A stretch of DNA of 64,000 bases from Cyanobacteriota bacterium (GTDB lineage Bacteria > Cyanobacteriota > Cyanobacteriia > Thermostichales > Thermostichaceae): the NCBI GenBank assembly GCA_033764955.1, contig JANRIL010000044.1, positions 41,944 to 105,943 of the forward strand. Reading direction: 5' to 3'. A program made the translations under genes and the position numbers. Of the stretch, positions 60,774 to 64,000 are shown piece by piece. Position 1 is the first letter of the stretch. Each line of letters begins with the position of its first letter. Under the pieces are notes generated by a model. The model searched no databases, was not told the origin of the DNA, and worked only from the letters and a program-made list of their open reading frames with translations.

Positions 60774-62588
60774 TCATTGCTCCCCCATAGCCTTGATCCA
60801 GCCCTGGAGGGTCGTCACTACATCGGCAATGGCTATCTCAGAGGCCACTCCGGTTGCCCGTTGTAGTATCTCCACTTTGCCCTGCTTCAAACTGCGCCCA
60901 GTCGTGATGCGATAAGGGATCCCGATTAGATCCGCGTCTTTGAACTTGACCCCCGCCCGTTCGTCTCGGTCATCCCAGAGGGTCTCGATGCCTGCCTGAT
61001 TCAGTTGAGTAACCAACCTTTCCGCCACCTGCATCTGTTCGACATCCTGAATATTGGGAACCACCACAATGCAGTGATAGGGAGCAATCGCTAGCGGCCA
61101 AATGATCCCGTTGGCGTCATGGGATTGTTCAATCGCCGCCTGTGCCAAGCGAGACACCCCGATGCCATAGCAGCCCATCCAAATCGGACGCTCGGATCCC
61201 GCTTCATCTGTATAGTTGGCACCTAATACTTGGGAAAACTTTAACCCTAATTGAAAGATATGGCCGATTTCAATGCCGCGTGCCGATTCGATGCGTTGGC
61301 TGGGATCGTGAATCGCCCGATCTCCCACGAGAGCGGTTCGCACATCCACCACGGCAGGCAAGGGATATTGGGATCCCCAGTTGGCTCCTCCCACATGCTG
61401 ATGGAGGTGATTGGATCCGGTAATGAAATTTTTCAGGTCGGCGGCGGTTTGATCCACCAGTCGTAGTAGGTGGGGGTGCAGTCCCTTGAGGGATCCCAAA
61501 CAGCTATCGGGCAAGTCGGGCGCGATATAGCCCACCGGAATGGGTGTTTTGCCCTGCCAAGACTCTTGAATGGAGCCATCCGCTAGCGTCAAGGTCAAAA
61601 TTTTGGAGGCGGCAAACTGCTTTGCCATGCGACTAAGGGTATTGGAGAGTTTGACCTCGTTGATGGTTTGGTCGGCGCGGATGCTGACCAGCACGGCCAC
61701 CCGCAAGCCATTGTCATAGACAGCCTGATACAAAATATTTTTGACCATGCTGCTTGCCCCTGCCCCAATCTGCTCCACCATTTTTTCGATGGTTTCTGTG
61801 CCGGGAGTATCTAAGACCTGAAACTGGCTAAAGGGAGAAGGTTCGGGATCCGCAGGCAGAGAAACCGCTTTTTCGACATTAGCGGCATACTGACCATCGG
61901 CGGTGAAAAGCACTTCATCCTCTCCGGCAGCGGCTAAGACCATAAACTCCTGAGAGGCGGCCTGTGGCCCGCCAATCGCTCCGGCATCGGCATCTACCAC
62001 GCGAAACTGCAAGCCACACCGCGACAAAATCGCACAGTAGGCTTGATACATATCCTGATAAATGACTTTCAGACTGTCTTCATCAGCGCTGAAGGAATAG
62101 GCATCCTTCATAATAAATTCTCGTCCCCGCAGCAGGCCAAAGCGAGGACGAATTTCATCCCGAAACTTGGTCTGGATTTGGTAAATAATTTGGGGTAGTT
62201 GTCGATAGGAACGAATCAAATCCCTGGCTAATAGGGTGACTACCTCTTCATGAGTAGGCCCTAATCCCTGCTCCCGTCCCTGGCGATCTTTGAGGGCAAA
62301 CATGATGCCCTCCGCCTGAGTATAGGTATCCCATCGCCCAGACTCCTGCCAGATCTCCGCCGGATGCAACTGGGGAAATAGACATTCTTGTCCACCAATC
62401 TTATTCATCTCCGAGCGCACGATGGCGGAAATTTTTTGAAGAACTCGCCAGAGCAGGGGTAGATAGTTATACACCCCCCCTGATAAACGCCGGATATAGC
62501 CCGCCCTCACCAACAATTTGTGGCTGAGTAATTCTGCTTCTGCCGGATCTTCCCGCAGGGTGACAAATAGCATTTGAGATAGGCGCAT
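60774..62588 (-). CDS. proS: Proline--tRNA ligase
   Basis: [43 protein letters not shown]. Confidence 0.98.
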   Translation of the reverse strand: MRLSQMLFVTLREDPAEAELLSHKLLVRAGYIRRLSGGVYNYLPLLWRVLQKISAIVRSEMNKIGGQECLFPQLHPAEIWQESGRWDTYTQAEGIMFALKDRQGREQGLGPTHEEVVTLLARDLIRSYRQLPQIIYQIQTKFRDEIRPRFGLLRGREFIMKDAYSFSADEDSLKVIYQDMYQAYCAILSRCGLQFRVVDADAGAIGGPQAASQEFMVLAAAGEDEVLFTADGQYAANVEKAVSLPADPEPSPFSQFQVLDTPGTETIEKMVEQIGAGASSMVKNILYQAVYDNGLRVAVLVSIRADQTINEVKLSNTLSRMAKQFAASKILTLTLADGSIQESWQGKTPIPVGYIAPDLPDSCLGSLKGLHPHLLRLVDQTAADLKNFITGSNHLHQHVGGANWGSQYPLPAVVDVRTALVGDRAIHDPSQRIESARGIEIGHIFQLGLKFSQVLGANYTDEAGSERPIWMGCYGIGVSRLAQAAIEQSHDANGIIWPLAIAPYHCIVVVPNIQDVEQMQVAERLVTQLNQAGIETLWDDRDERAGVKFKDADLIGIPYRITTGRSLKQGKVEILQRATGVASEIAIADVVTTLQGWIKAMGEQ

Positions 62589-62641
62589 GCCGATTAGCCT
62601 CGTATTCAGCAGGTGGGCAACAGTCGGGAGGAGGAGAGCTA

Positions 62642-63607
62642 TTATTTTATCGCCTTGGCCTGCCGCATCTGCCGCAAACCTGCATAAACTCCTTGCACGT
62701 TATACCAATTTAGGAAAAAGATACGGCACAATTCCAGCGCCAGTTGGGATCCCCCTCGATTGATTAACCATTGCAGAAGCGGAGCCAGTCGTTGCTCATT
62801 CAGCCATCCCCCCAGGGAGAGGATCCCCCAGAGCAGTTGATGGAGGGGGGTCATCTGGATCATCATCCGCACCTGCCAGGTGGGGTGCTTTTGGTAAAAC
62901 AGAATGCCCATCCGTCCCCGTTGCTGCTCTCGATCAATCAAATAGGGAATCTGCTCTAATTGAAAGGGGGGATGCCAGTGGTATCCAGCAGCAGCCGGAC
63001 ATTTGACCATACCTAGCCCCAGTTTCTTGAGTCGCACCCCTAGCTCCAGATCTTCCCAGCCATACAGTTCAAAGCGAGTATCAAAGGGACCATCGCTGTG
63101 CTCAGAGGCTTGATCTAACCAGTAGCGGGGAATCGCCACATTGCCCGTCGCAAAAAAGGCCGCCGAAAAATCCGTTGGTTTGAAAGGTTCCGATAAAGGA
63201 TCGGCAAAGTTGCTGGTGTTGATCACCCGTCCATAGGTAAAAAGGGGGATGGGGGGGACGGTGGGTTGCCAGCCCTGCTGGCGCAACTTTTGGGCATGGG
63301 CAGCCAAAAAACCTTTCACGACTACCAAGTCACTATCAATAAAAACAATCACATCCCCTTGAGCATGGCGGATCCCCAAATTTCGGGCGGCAGACGGTCC
63401 ACGGTGGGCTTGGGTGAGGAGACGAAAGGAAGGGATCCCCCACTGGGTTTGGGTCAGCCATTCCTCCGTACCGTCCGTAGAGCCATCATCCACCACGATC
63501 ACTTCATAGGTGGTGTAGTCTCCCGGCTGTTGCGTTTCCAGCGCCACCAGACACTTTTCCAGAATCGGGCGGCGGTTGTAGGTAGGAATAATGACGCTGA
63601 AATACAC
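62642..63607 (-). CDS. Glycosyltransferase family 2
   Basis: [31 protein letters not shown]. Confidence 0.93.
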   Translation of the reverse strand: MYFSVIIPTYNRRPILEKCLVALETQQPGDYTTYEVIVVDDGSTDGTEEWLTQTQWGIPSFRLLTQAHRGPSAARNLGIRHAQGDVIVFIDSDLVVVKGFLAAHAQKLRQQGWQPTVPPIPLFTYGRVINTSNFADPLSEPFKPTDFSAAFFATGNVAIPRYWLDQASEHSDGPFDTRFELYGWEDLELGVRLKKLGLGMVKCPAAAGYHWHPPFQLEQIPYLIDREQQRGRMGILFYQKHPTWQVRMMIQMTPLHQLLWGILSLGGWLNEQRLAPLLQWLINRGGSQLALELCRIFFLNWYNVQGVYAGLRQMRQAKAIK

Positions 63608-63728
63608 AGATAGCTTTTGGAGAAGACAGAGGAAGGATCCATCCTTATTCCAATCCTACTACTGGAATTGGTGTGGAATTGGGTTGCATCAGCATTGACT
63701 GAGCCGAGTGCAGACAGAGATGGCTGTG

Positions 63729-63755
63729 AAAAAGACGGGTTAGTAAGCACCCGCC
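63729..63755 (-). terminator. Intrinsic terminator
   Basis: Minus strand GGCGGGT-GCTTACTA-ACCCGTC-TTTTT. Confidence 0.65.
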
Positions 63756-63779
63756 TCTCCCTTGTCTCAACCTTGAACT

Positions 63780-63989
63780 GTGACGTACTCCCATCACCGA
63801 TGCAAACATACAGTGTGGGCTTCTCCATCCTTTTCAGGACTTCGCGTTTTATAGTGAGGCGACGCCCAACCCCACTTGGAAACACCACAGCAAAAGTTGG
63901 TCGGCTAGTCCAAATTGTGCGGAGTACGCTGACCCTGGCTATCATCCCGACACCGACCCTATCGGTTAGGGTGCGGGGCTTCCCGCCGA
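63780..63989 (-). mobile_element. Non-autonomous IS200/IS605-family element (210 bp; no tnpA/tnpB)
   Basis: Preceded by TTAC; left-end hairpin GAAGCCCCGCAC...GGTGTCGGG; right-end hairpin GAAGCCCACAC...GGTGATGGG ending GTCAC. Confidence 0.7.
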
Positions 63990-64000
63990 GTAAGCTAAAA

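Noticed and set aside
63499..63945. 148-aa minus-strand ORF
   Set aside because: Runs through the IS605-type element, a terminator and the glycosyltransferase start; no transposase or TnpB motifs

Overview
Cyanobacterial chromosome segment: it carries ndhB, an hli gene and a cyanobacteriochrome kinase. It is saturated with the palindrome GGGATCCC, the HIP variant known from Thermostichus/Synechococcus OS-type strains, rather than canonical GCGATCGC. Most of the window is housekeeping or core accessory genes (pgm, lspA, larC/larE, leuD, nemR-nemA, pyrF, ndhB, folE, moeA, a Cu-ATPase, proS), plus a guanidine-I riboswitch-led guanidine hydrolase operon. Two AT-richer islands without GGGATCCC stand out. 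(1) 31972-34464 is a PtuA/PtuB (Septu/Ec78-effector-like) pair with no reverse transcriptase. It looks like a lone integron gene cassette with a correctly spaced attC, apparently integrated at a chromosomal G^ATC site, and two MITEs are stacked in its leader. (2) ~58560-60700 holds a coupled two-gene module: a small His/YHGYP protein plus a catalytically dead ImmA/IrrE-like protein. This is my best candidate for an uncharacterised toxin/defence system. Both islands share a 19-bp motif at the same distance after their last gene, and each contains one canonical HIP1. The window also has an IS1 remnant, a 210-bp gene-less IS200/IS605 element, and two pseudogenes. No CRISPR array, rRNA or tRNA was seen. 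All family calls are by-eye motif recognition without database searches.
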